Source: Candidatus Babeliales bacterium
GTDB lineage: Bacteria; Babelota; Babeliae; Babelales; JANWKD01
Assembly (NCBI GenBank): GCA_963762115.1
Contig: CAVXJH010000005.1
Location: 64,001 to 128,000, forward strand
Direction of reading: 5' to 3'
Length of the DNA stretch: 64,000 nucleotides
Shown here: positions 30,389 to 39,971 of the stretch, piece after piece
How positions within the stretch are numbered: position 1 is the first letter of the stretch
How the letters are laid out: every line of letters starts with the position of its first letter
Notes under the pieces: generated by a model
What the model saw: only the letters and a program-made list of their open reading frames with translations
Databases searched by the model: none
Told to the model about the DNA's origin: nothing
Position numbers and translations under genes: made by a program

Positions 30389-31825
30389 TTATACATTTTC
30401 AGGGTCTTGATCAAACTTAACTTGACCGGGTATAAACTGATGCTGTGCAACAATCATTCTAGAATACCCCATCCCTAATTCTAGGCCACCCCAAAATGCT
30501 GTAAATCCTAAACAAGCAAATCGAGGAGTAGCACCACTGCTTAACGTATTCAATGCTTTATAGGCAAGGTCATAAAAAGAAATTTCTGGATCCATGTATT
30601 TATTCCAAAGCACTGCTGCAAAACCACCTATTCCTAATCCGAGACTAAAGGTTCCTATTCCCTCACCTAATCCTTTTAAACCCTGCATTAAAGTATATTT
30701 ATTCATCAAGGCCTTTATCCGATGTCGTTGACCTTCTAATAGTGTTGGCAATGTTGCACGTAATGCAATCTGTTTTGATTCTGTAGAAAGTGGATTATTG
30801 GTTAAATCAACATAGGAGTGCTCACCAGCTTTAAATGAAGGCAAATCTTTTATTTGGTTATTGTTAAGAAATAACCAAAACTCATATTCTAATTCTCTTG
30901 GCAATACAAGACTTTCAATAACATTCTCACTTGCAAAAAATTTTCTCAAAAAAGGAAAATGTTCGCGCAATTGAGCAACGTCGAGATTTTTTAGTTTATT
31001 TTTATTCAAATTAAGACTAACAACACAAACATTTTCATATTCTTTAGCGAGTAATGCAATGCCATCTAACATATCAATTTTTTGATCATGTATCACAAGA
31101 TCGGCATAGTCAATATCATTATCATTGTTATGACGTACATGACAAAGCACTTTTAAAGCGCCGCTGTTATATAAGCTGCGTATTGAATTTAAATAATGAC
31201 TACATTGCACCAATTCAGGTTGCTCATCATGCGATAAGATATTTTGTGCATGCAATGTTAATTTACGCATTATCTTTTGTGGCGCACCTAAATAATGCCC
31301 TACTTCAAAAACACGAATCAACGATTCTTTATCAAGTTTTTTTATTTCTCTCTTATGAGCAATACAGTTAAAAACTGTTTTTAAGGTTTCAGCACTAAGA
31401 TCAAGGTCAGCTTTACCAGCATTTCCACCATCTTCACAAAATTGCCCTAAAGTAAAATCAAATGTTTTACCCTCAGATGTTTTATCCACAGAAGAATATT
31501 CTTTTTCACCCTCAGGAGCACTTTCTTCTTGAGCATAGTGTAAATAACCTTCAATCAGGACTGATTGCCTGGCAATATACTCTGGAACACCAATTACATT
31601 GCCATCAGTGCCACGAATTGCAATTGTTTGCCCTGGCTTTTGAAATTGACCCTGGCTTGGCATCTGAATTTCTTTTATACTTTGATTATCAATATCACTA
31701 ACTGCACGAATTTGCCTCAAATATGGAAATGATTCAAGCAACCTAGTAACTTCTGGCTGTTCCATTGCCATTAAACCTGAAGAAATCAGGGCAAGAGTTA
31801 AGAATAAATATCTTTTTTTGAACAT
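30389..31825 (-). CDS. Exported Skp1/BTB-like + LRR protein with C-terminal TM hairpin
   Basis: IAIRGTDGNV..V...IARQS.LI, L..VF.C, L.RVFE..HYLG; LxLxxNxL repeats. Confidence 0.75.
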   Translation of the reverse strand: MFKKRYLFLTLALISSGLMAMEQPEVTRLLESFPYLRQIRAVSDIDNQSIKEIQMPSQGQFQKPGQTIAIRGTDGNVIGVPEYIARQSVLIEGYLHYAQEESAPEGEKEYSSVDKTSEGKTFDFTLGQFCEDGGNAGKADLDLSAETLKTVFNCIAHKREIKKLDKESLIRVFEVGHYLGAPQKIMRKLTLHAQNILSHDEQPELVQCSHYLNSIRSLYNSGALKVLCHVRHNNDNDIDYADLVIHDQKIDMLDGIALLAKEYENVCVVSLNLNKNKLKNLDVAQLREHFPFLRKFFASENVIESLVLPRELEYEFWLFLNNNQIKDLPSFKAGEHSYVDLTNNPLSTESKQIALRATLPTLLEGQRHRIKALMNKYTLMQGLKGLGEGIGTFSLGLGIGGFAAVLWNKYMDPEISFYDLAYKALNTLSSGATPRFACLGFTAFWGGLELGMGYSRMIVAQHQFIPGQVKFDQDPENV

Positions 31826-31922
31826 AAAGTCCCCTTTGTTTTAAATATTAAAAATAGAATGATAATATATGATTAATTTTATAGTAAATATACTATTTGT
31901 CAATATTAGACAGGGGGAATTT

Positions 31923-33242
31923 CTAGAAATTTTCCTGTTGCTGATTATCAATCAAAACCTGACCAGGTTTATATTGATGCACGAGATTATTAGGATAACT
32001 GCTTTTATACCCATAATAAATACCCCAAATGCCAAACCCCATACTTAAAGCAACCACTAACCTATGCGTATTTTTATACTCATAAGCAATACATGCGCAT
32101 GCAAGGTCACTTAAAGGATATTCTGAATGCAAAAATTTTTCTCTCATAATATCTATACAAACACCTAAGGACGATCCAAAAACACAAGCCCCCAAACCAA
32201 TACCCAAAAACCTAGACCCATTTAATAATGTATTCCCATCGAAGAATGTCTTTATTCGATGCCGATTCTTCTCTAAAAAACTTGGCATTACAGCAGATAA
32301 AGCAATATTGATTGCCTGACCGGAAAGAGGATTATTGCGTAAATCAACAAGGCCATTTTCGCCAACTTTAAAATGCGGCAACTCTTTTATTTTATTATCA
32401 TTCAAAAGCACAACAGCACCATCAGGTAGCCTTCTTGGCAAAAATAGTTTTTTTCCATGATTGCCGCTCATATGAATTTCATTCACCCCAGGAAAAGTGC
32501 TAAACAAATGCGTAACATCAAGAATTTTTAAATTATTCTTATCAAAAGAAATGCCCTTAATCGTTGCACGCCCATATTCTTCTGCTACCAATTCAATGCC
32601 TTTTAGTGTATCAAGATCTTGACCCTCAATAAAAAGAACACAAGAATCATTATCATCTAAATCAGTTCCTAAGCGATGTATTTTTAAAGCGCCTTCATGG
32701 CGCAAACTACGTAGTGAATTCAAAAACCATCCGGATTTTACGTATTCAGGTTGCTCATGAGAAAGTAAAACTCTTTGTGCTTGATAGGTTAATTTTCGCA
32801 TAACATTTTTTGGAGCACCCAAAAAATCAGTCGCATCAAAAACACGAACTAATGCTTCTTTTGTGTCAATTTTTTTTATTTCTTTGAGATCTGCAATACA
32901 ACTAAAAACTGCTTTTAACGTATCAGCACTCAGATCAAGCGGTTCAAGTTCATCATCTGCACCAACATCATGAAAAATACCGTCATAATTCCCAAATGGT
33001 GGAGTGAAATCTACTATGTGCCCATCAAATGAACATTCCTTTTCACCTGCAGGAGCTGCATCTTCGTGAGCATCACCAAAACAATTGCGAATTGTGCTTG
33101 CTTGCATTGCAACATACCGAGGAACGCCTATCACATTTCCATCAGTACAACGAATTGCAATTGTTGACTTTGGCTTTTCCATTGCATGAGAAAAAAATAC
33201 ACTCAACATACAAACAAAAAATAATTGCTTTTTTAAAAACAT
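31923..33242 (-). CDS. Exported Skp1/BTB-like + LRR protein, paralog 2
   Basis: Same architecture; SHA|MEK; ATG at 33242. Confidence 0.75.
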   Translation of the reverse strand: MFLKKQLFFVCMLSVFFSHAMEKPKSTIAIRCTDGNVIGVPRYVAMQASTIRNCFGDAHEDAAPAGEKECSFDGHIVDFTPPFGNYDGIFHDVGADDELEPLDLSADTLKAVFSCIADLKEIKKIDTKEALVRVFDATDFLGAPKNVMRKLTYQAQRVLLSHEQPEYVKSGWFLNSLRSLRHEGALKIHRLGTDLDDNDSCVLFIEGQDLDTLKGIELVAEEYGRATIKGISFDKNNLKILDVTHLFSTFPGVNEIHMSGNHGKKLFLPRRLPDGAVVLLNDNKIKELPHFKVGENGLVDLRNNPLSGQAINIALSAVMPSFLEKNRHRIKTFFDGNTLLNGSRFLGIGLGACVFGSSLGVCIDIMREKFLHSEYPLSDLACACIAYEYKNTHRLVVALSMGFGIWGIYYGYKSSYPNNLVHQYKPGQVLIDNQQQENF

Positions 33243-33274
33243 ACTCAAAACCCAATCACTATAATAAAAAAATT

Positions 33275-34588
33275 TTAATTAGTTGCTTCTTTTTCGCCAT
33301 CTTCATCTTGATCAACAACAGCCTGACCAGACCTGAATTGATACTGCATATTATGATTCAGGGCTTGTGGAAAAACATGCCCAATATAAAACGCCACCGT
33401 TGTAGTAAGAGGCCAAGAAAATAATACTGCTACAAACAAAGGATTTCTACAATGGTCATACAACATGGGTAGAAGTGGTTCAGAGCGAAAAATTTTAAAT
33501 GCACCAAGGGGAAGGCCAACAAATATTCCTGAATAAATTACAAAACCTGCTCCCGTACGCAACATTACATAAGGATCAACGAGTGTTTTAAACACGGGAC
33601 GATGTTTTTGAAAAATAGTAGGCTTCTTAATGATTACATCAGGATTAATTTTTAGCTTATTATGCTTAAGACTTACCACGGCTTGCTCAGGAATAAAAAA
33701 AGTTTCTTCATCAAGACAATTATGATTTAATCGCACACTCACAAAATGCGGCAATGAGGATGGCCAAATTACTTTAGTTGTACCATTATTATTTGCCTTA
33801 ATTTTTTGCAACCCAGGCCAACAAGCAAATAATAATCTAATATTCAGCGTTTTAAGATTATTATCGCTAAGATTTAAACGTGTCACTGAGGGACATGCTA
33901 GAGCAACCTCTTCAATACCTGCCAATGTATCAATTTGACGTGATTGCAACGGTAAAGAATTGATTATTTTCGCACAATGAATCGAACTTGCTAGACGATT
34001 GCTTTTAAACAATTGTTTTATGGTAGTGAAATAATGCCCTTCATCTAACATTGCATAAAGCGGATTTTCGCTGTTATCTCTAAATTCTTTTTTAGAAATG
34101 AGAGAAGATGCACGTTGCGACAATTGCTGCATTATATTTTCTGAAACGCCCAAACAATGTGCCACTTCAAAAACATACATCACGTCTTCTTTATCAAGTT
34201 GTTCTATATTTTTTTCATCGGCGATACAATCAAAAAGTATCTTTAATGTTGCGGTGTTAAGATCAAGAGCTTCCACTTCTTCACGAGTACTAAAAACCCG
34301 ATTGAAAACATGTTGAGTGAAATCTACGGTGCGCACATCAAATGAACATTCTTTTTCTCCTGCAGGGGCTGCATCTTCATGAGCATCATCAAAATAATTC
34401 CGAATTGTGCTTGCTTGCATTGCAACATCTTGAGTAACGCCAAATATTCTTCCATCAGTGCCGCGAATAGCAATTGTTTGCATTGGTTTCTGCACTTCTT
34501 GTTGTTCCATACCATATACAACACATTGCGCCATTAAAAGTATGTATAAAAAAATATATCGATTACGTATTATAGAACCAACTTTCAT
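33275..34588 (-). CDS. Exported Skp1/BTB-like + LRR protein, paralog 3
   Basis: Same architecture; VYG|MEQ; LNLSDNNL. Confidence 0.75.
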   Translation of the reverse strand: MKVGSIIRNRYIFLYILLMAQCVVYGMEQQEVQKPMQTIAIRGTDGRIFGVTQDVAMQASTIRNYFDDAHEDAAPAGEKECSFDVRTVDFTQHVFNRVFSTREEVEALDLNTATLKILFDCIADEKNIEQLDKEDVMYVFEVAHCLGVSENIMQQLSQRASSLISKKEFRDNSENPLYAMLDEGHYFTTIKQLFKSNRLASSIHCAKIINSLPLQSRQIDTLAGIEEVALACPSVTRLNLSDNNLKTLNIRLLFACWPGLQKIKANNNGTTKVIWPSSLPHFVSVRLNHNCLDEETFFIPEQAVVSLKHNKLKINPDVIIKKPTIFQKHRPVFKTLVDPYVMLRTGAGFVIYSGIFVGLPLGAFKIFRSEPLLPMLYDHCRNPLFVAVLFSWPLTTTVAFYIGHVFPQALNHNMQYQFRSGQAVVDQDEDGEKEATN

Positions 34589-34599
34589 AAGTATTAAGA

Positions 34600-35787
34600 T
34601 TATTCTGGTATACCTTCTTGATCATCGGTCAAAATCTGACCTGGCTGAAAAATATCTTCTTCTGACCGATCAAAAATGCATCCTGCTCCAAGCGTCAAAA
34701 AAGTACCAACAACAGATTCAAATAAAAAAAGTTTTTGAAAAAATGCATCATCAATAAAGCCTTTATCTAAATAACGGAGTACAAGGACTGCCTCAGCATG
34801 TGCTGGAAAAGTGGCTAAAAAAAGCGGCTCCGCCAACATTCTTTTACAAGGTTGTGTATAAGGTCTATAACGTTCCAACAATGTTGGTTGCACTGCATAC
34901 TGACAAACTTGCAATGATTGCTCAGAAAACTTTCTGTATATATATTTCCATCCTCTCCGCAAATCAACAATCCCTTTTTCACCAATTTTAAACCTCGGCA
35001 GTTCTTGGATAGGATTGCAAATAAGATCAAGTCGAAAATTATCCGGCAATCTGTTGGGCATAATAAGACGTTCAATACGATTATTAGAGGCAATAAGCAC
35101 TTGCAAATTTGGCAATAATTCCAATAACTGCATAACATTAAGCACTTTTATTCTATTTGCTACTAAACTGAGAGAAATAATATTCTTATTGTTAAGATGC
35201 TGCTTTGCTATTGCATCAATCCCTATCAATGAATCAATTTTTTGTTTTTCAATTTTGAGTCTGTGTTCAGATTGATCTAATTCAATTTTTAAACAATTCT
35301 TACCGTGTAAATATCGTATTGAACGCACATAATAATCATTTTGTACCAATTCAGGCTGTTCATCAAATAGTACTAATTCCTGAATATAACAACTTAATAA
35401 ACGCATGAATTTTTTAGAAGCACCGAGAACCTCCCCTGCATCAAATACAGAAATTAATGATTTATTTTCAAGATTTTTTATTTTCTTTTTTGAATCTACA
35501 CAGGCAAATAATGCTGACAAGATATTACTGCCTAAATCAGTGTATTCAGCTCCATCATCACTTTCCATAAGCTCGACTACAACGTTAGCTTCATCAGATT
35601 GTTGAGATACATCAAAATATTCATGAAATCTACTTAACTTTGTCTCCACACCATTCGGAACTTCTACCATTTTTCCATCAGAACATTGAATTGCGATAGT
35701 CTTTTGTGGCATTTCTTCCATACCATGCATACACAAAAAAATTATAAAAAAGCTACAACAAAAAAGGCCATGTTTTATGTATGACAT
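34600..35787 (-). CDS. Exported Skp1/BTB-like + LRR protein, paralog 4
   Basis: TIAIQCSDGKMVEV; LSLVANRI, LIASNNRI; weaker C-terminal hydrophobic segments. Confidence 0.75.
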   Translation of the reverse strand: MSYIKHGLFCCSFFIIFLCMHGMEEMPQKTIAIQCSDGKMVEVPNGVETKLSRFHEYFDVSQQSDEANVVVELMESDDGAEYTDLGSNILSALFACVDSKKKIKNLENKSLISVFDAGEVLGASKKFMRLLSCYIQELVLFDEQPELVQNDYYVRSIRYLHGKNCLKIELDQSEHRLKIEKQKIDSLIGIDAIAKQHLNNKNIISLSLVANRIKVLNVMQLLELLPNLQVLIASNNRIERLIMPNRLPDNFRLDLICNPIQELPRFKIGEKGIVDLRRGWKYIYRKFSEQSLQVCQYAVQPTLLERYRPYTQPCKRMLAEPLFLATFPAHAEAVLVLRYLDKGFIDDAFFQKLFLFESVVGTFLTLGAGCIFDRSEEDIFQPGQILTDDQEGIPE

Positions 35788-35901
35788 AAAAAAACTCGCT
35801 CATTAAAAGTTTATACAATAAAAATAATGCAAGACAATATGTATATTTTATATACTATATTTCTTATTGCAAACTATTGATTGCTTTAAAAATATCTTTA
35901 G

Positions 35902-36250
35902 TAAGGTATTTTGCTTCTCCAAAATACCTTAACTAAAAGGAGCCCAATGTTCCCTTGGATTCCCTTCCCGCGCGAATATGCACCACTCCATTATTGATGC
36001 CTTCAGCATCAAAATTCCAGGTACATGTCGCACTACCGGACTAACTTATTTATAAATTTTTTATTGCGTGACATCTATAAATATTCCCTGGGAGCTCAAC
36101 CGTTGAAGGATCTGCAGCATATCATTTTAGATATGCGAGGATCGGCCTTTTGGGCGACGGGGAGATCAATAAGAGGCACAGCCTCTTATTTGCCCTTGTA
36201 TCAAAGGTATTGGGCAAACAATACTTTTGTGCCTGGCCCGCATAGGGCCG
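35902..36250. repeat. Back-to-back pair of multi-hairpin non-coding units (locus A); candidate structured RNA or ssDNA element
   Basis: 35902-36085 aligns with 46768-46920 and with the reverse complement of 47011-47118/48589+; 36192-36250 matches 48620-48676. Confidence 0.8.
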
Positions 36251-36311
36251 TTTAATAAAAGTTATTTTACTTTTATAATATTATTTTATGCCTAACCGGC
36301 ATAAGACCATT

Positions 36312-37469
36312 TTATTTTTTTGGCAAAGCCATTAAAATTAAAGCACCAAAAATACTCAGAAGAGCACCATAGAAAAATCCACAAAATGGTGAACAAAAGA
36401 CCCACAAACAACCAACAGCAGTACTCGAAAAAAAATCTCCAATGCCAGCAACGGCACCTAATAATCCATAACCAGTTCCACGATTGTTTGGCGATAAAAA
36501 ATCAGCTGCCAGCGCACTTTCCAATGAATCGGTGATTGCAGCAGAAATGCCCATTAAAGAAAATAAAAGGCCCAAATACCACACACTACTTATTTCGAAC
36601 ATGAGTCCCAATGAAACACAAGCAAATAAAAAATAACCAATCACAAGCATTATTTTTTTACCAATCTTATCAGCAAGGAATCCTAACGGGAATGAACATA
36701 AAGAACAAAAAATAGTATAAAAAGTGTATAAAAAAATTGCTAAACTATTTGCTAACACCGTTCCGCTCATGGGCGTTAAGAGTTGCATCGTACGAAATAC
36801 TAATAATGATGGTGCAAAATTACCAAGACCAAAAATGCCAACGGCAAACATAAAAAGAAAAAAATCTTTTGGCAATTGATGTATATTTTCTAAAATCAAT
36901 GTTTTTTTTGGATCACATGGTATATCGCTAACAAAAAAAACGATAACAACAAGAGCAAGAACACTCAGCAAGCATGCTGTTAAAAACACCAATGAAAAAG
37001 TATAACGAACAATAAGGTAACTGGCACATAAAGGTCCTGCAATTGCACCAAACATGGTGATCGCACGATAAAAACCAAATACAGCTCCGTATGCAAATGG
37101 TTTTGTGGAACTTGCTAGTAAGGCATCACGAGCAGGACCACGTATGCCTCTGCCAAACCATGCAAAAATCAACTGATACCAATTAAAAAAAAAGATAAAT
37201 GACCCTAAGCCAAGGGCAGTAAAAAAATAGCCAACGGTAAGAAATATTTTTCGCTTACCCGTATAATCGCTTAACCAACCAGCAAAAATTTTAATAAAAC
37301 TAATCAATGAATCAATTATGCCTTCAATTAAACCTAATAACGCTGCTGAAGCACCTAACGATGCTAAAAATGCCGGAAATATTGCCAATGCCATAAAATG
37401 ACCAAATTCTGAAAAAAAACTGGCGAGCGCAAGCATAAGAGTATTTTTATTTAACCATGATTTATCCAT
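36312..37469 (-). CDS. MFS transporter
   Basis: GWLSD..GKRK and G.LADKIG.K loop motifs; ~12 TM. Confidence 0.88.
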   Translation of the reverse strand: MDKSWLNKNTLMLALASFFSEFGHFMALAIFPAFLASLGASAALLGLIEGIIDSLISFIKIFAGWLSDYTGKRKIFLTVGYFFTALGLGSFIFFFNWYQLIFAWFGRGIRGPARDALLASSTKPFAYGAVFGFYRAITMFGAIAGPLCASYLIVRYTFSLVFLTACLLSVLALVVIVFFVSDIPCDPKKTLILENIHQLPKDFFLFMFAVGIFGLGNFAPSLLVFRTMQLLTPMSGTVLANSLAIFLYTFYTIFCSLCSFPLGFLADKIGKKIMLVIGYFLFACVSLGLMFEISSVWYLGLLFSLMGISAAITDSLESALAADFLSPNNRGTGYGLLGAVAGIGDFFSSTAVGCLWVFCSPFCGFFYGALLSIFGALILMALPKK

Positions 37470-37608
37470 TCCATTCCCCCTTATTATTGTTACTTTTTTT
37501 TAAGCTTACCTCATGTAAAAACCAACAAAATAGATTTTTGTAGTATTTTGGAAAAAAAAGTTAGTATCGTAATCAATAATGCACAGATAACAAAAGGGTG
37601 ATCCGCAC

Positions 37609-38451
37609 ATGTCAAAATTCTTACTTGTTTTAACGCTATTTTTCTCATGCACTACTACAAAGACTATGGAAGAAGATGAAATAACCAGCGAACATAAAGA
37701 AACAATAGTTGAACATGAACTATTAGCGACCCGCATGGCTAACTTTGTTGAGAATATTTATAATCTGCGCGACACGATCGTGGCAAGACCCTTGCGCGTG
37801 GAAGATTTTATTTATGCACAGAACAATGCTGAATGGAGCGACCTGCGAGAGCTCAACAAAAAAGTGAAAAAAAGATGCTCATGCAAAATGCCAAAATTAC
37901 TCAGAAAATATCAAGAACAAACAAAAGTACAAATCGACTTATTCAAACGAGGCGTTTCATTATTAGATAATGAAGAATTCAGAACCACCATACAAGACAA
38001 AATTACAAAAAAACCAGTGCAAACTTTTTTCATTGAAAAAGTTTGTCGACAAAAAAAAATGACTCCAACCAAATGGTTAGGATTACGAACAATTGCTTTA
38101 AGTAGCCTACGAGAAAAACTCAAAGAAAAAACCACAAAAGAACAAATCTTCAGTTGTGTTGATCAAGCACCGCCCTATGTTAGCGGTTTGGGATGCGGCG
38201 TTGGCCTCATGGCACTTTTCACCCCTTTATGGCCTTATGGCGCCACTATTATTGGCGTTAGTTCTTGTATTTGTTTGACATGCCAACATGAGATATACGA
38301 TACTTGCAAGTCTCATTCTCTCTATTGCAGCAATCATGATATTGATAATAAATTGCAAAGAACCATACAGCTCTTACAATTTAATGAAGAAAAAATACAG
38401 CCCAATACATCAGGTAAAAACATCGAAAAAGAACACTTGCTACAAAATTAA
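37609..38451 (+). CDS. Hypothetical exported protein with late hydrophobic hairpin (SP-ME class)
   Basis: TTKT|MEEDE; GLGCGVGLMALFTPLWPYGATIIGV segment. Confidence 0.65.
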   Translation: MSKFLLVLTLFFSCTTTKTMEEDEITSEHKETIVEHELLATRMANFVENIYNLRDTIVARPLRVEDFIYAQNNAEWSDLRELNKKVKKRCSCKMPKLLRKYQEQTKVQIDLFKRGVSLLDNEEFRTTIQDKITKKPVQTFFIEKVCRQKKMTPTKWLGLRTIALSSLREKLKEKTTKEQIFSCVDQAPPYVSGLGCGVGLMALFTPLWPYGATIIGVSSCICLTCQHEIYDTCKSHSLYCSNHDIDNKLQRTIQLLQFNEEKIQPNTSGKNIEKEHLLQN

Positions 38452-38572
38452 GGTAAACCAAGAGCGTTTAGCTTCAAATAAAGAAACATTAATAACATTT
38501 TGATTTTGATATTTTTGATTTTTAACGTAAATGCTTATCGCTTAAAATGTTTTTTTACTCATCGAATCCAAA

Positions 38573-39169
38573 TTACTCTATCAAAAACCCTTCAATTGGC
38601 CATGCATTTGAAAAATCCAAATGAGTATCAATCAATGGTTGGTGATGAACAAGAAAACGAATAGCTTGAATTTTAATACCACTTTCGCGGATTGACTTCA
38701 TCAATCCTTCAATCCACATTATTTTTTCAAAAGTAGATTGTTGCTTGCTAAAAGGATTACGATCAAATGAACAAAAGACTTCTTGCTTGGTTGCTGAAAT
38801 AGCAATTGATTGCAAAGAAATCTTTTTTATATTTATTTTTTCTTCATCAAGAATGGTTAACCAACTCGTAATAAGAGATGAGAGCGCATGAACCTTTTCA
38901 TCTGACCATAAAATTTCAGCAATTTCTTGTCGCCATGCATCATGATGCCAAAAAAAATGTTTTATGCTTTTTTTTTGCGTCATGACGCGCTCAATGGTAC
39001 GCTTTTCATAACAAGAATAAAAAGGATTCTTAAAAATAATCCACTGATGATTATAAGCAAAATAGAATACTGAACAAAAGATTGTCAGAAGTGATGCGAA
39101 TATAAGTAGAGAATTACCACGAAACATAACGACTCTTGCGAATATCTTCAATAATTGTCGAAAGAGCAT
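38573..39169 (-). CDS. Membrane-anchored protein, possibly GerMN-like; true start probably near 39127
   Basis: N-terminal TM; follows the amidase; C-terminal IQAIRFLV..QP. Confidence 0.5.
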   Translation of the reverse strand: MLFRQLLKIFARVVMFRGNSLLIFASLLTIFCSVFYFAYNHQWIIFKNPFYSCYEKRTIERVMTQKKSIKHFFWHHDAWRQEIAEILWSDEKVHALSSLITSWLTILDEEKINIKKISLQSIAISATKQEVFCSFDRNPFSKQQSTFEKIMWIEGLMKSIRESGIKIQAIRFLVHHQPLIDTHLDFSNAWPIEGFLIE

Positions 39170-39971
39170 GCGCTAAAGGTTGTACATACGCAACCCAATC
39201 ATCTTTTGTTTTTAAACTTGCCTCTATACAAAATGCCGGTGCAATAATACCCACTAATGATTTATGCGGAATGCCCAATAACCCCTTGCAATCAAATTGC
39301 TGTACGTACGGCATATTTTCAAATACTTGCACCATCAAATTTCCCCATGTTTTTGTAATACTAAGATTTTTCCTATGTGCCTGATCATAGGGAATGAAAA
39401 CAAATTCATCACTCTGTTGCTTCCAGCCATCAGTAAGAGCATTGTTCAAATAATGATAGAGAAAAAGATGTGGCTTAGCTTCTGTCTCTTTATAAAAATG
39501 AATAGTTATATAAAAATCAACACTCAAACGATTTGCAAAATTTGCATTCTGTAAAGGCTCTAACGATTCTCCAGGAAAACGCGTGAGAATGACACGAATA
39601 TCTGCATGTTCTTTTTCAAGTTTTTTTTGTAATGCTTCTGCACACTTTAAGGTCAAACCACGTTCATAGACATCATCAATTTCACGTAATGCATGGTTAA
39701 CATCACCAGCAGGATCTATCATAAGGGTGATTGGTTGAGCAAATACTAAATTGTTTGCTAGAAATAACATAAAGAATAAACAAGAATGTCTTCCCGAGGA
39801 GCGAAGCAACGTGGGGATCCAGAACTTTAATAAGTTCCCTATTAACGGAACTAATTTTATTATCTGGGTTGCCACGCTCACGCTCGCAATGACATTTTGA
39901 GGTAGTTTATTTATGGTACAATTTTGAATCAAGTTAAATAAGACATCTTGAGAAAAAAAAATTAACGACAT
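39114..39971 (-). CDS. N-acetylmuramoyl-L-alanine amidase (Amidase_3)-like; start uncertain
   Basis: LMIDPAG, E..LTL..A..L, VILTR, AN...DFYITIH, PAFCIE; the His expected in IDPGH is not evident. Confidence 0.7.
   Translation of the reverse strand: MSLIFFSQDVLFNLIQNCTINKLPQNVIASVSVATQIIKLVPLIGNLLKFWIPTLLRSSGRHSCLFFMLFLANNLVFAQPITLMIDPAGDVNHALREIDDVYERGLTLKCAEALQKKLEKEHADIRVILTRFPGESLEPLQNANFANRLSVDFYITIHFYKETEAKPHLFLYHYLNNALTDGWKQQSDEFVFIPYDQAHRKNLSITKTWGNLMVQVFENMPYVQQFDCKGLLGIPHKSLVGIIAPAFCIEASLKTKDDWVAYVQPLAHALSTIIEDIRKSRYVSW
39785..39896. repeat. REPIN-like element, copy 2 (inside the amidase ORF 5' region)
   Basis: aatgtcttcccgag...ggatccag-spacer-ctgggttgcc...gcaatgacatt. Confidence 0.8.

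Noticed and set aside
35902..36250. Possible CRISPR array, c-di-GMP riboswitch (GGCAAAC) or group II intron fragment
   Set aside because: No regularly spaced direct repeats; the rest of the c-di-GMP-I consensus and a domain V motif are not recognisable
36025..36255. 76-aa ORF (also 46754-46945 and 26279-26473)
   Set aside because: They lie within palindromic repeats, have no RBS, and homologous units do not conserve the frame
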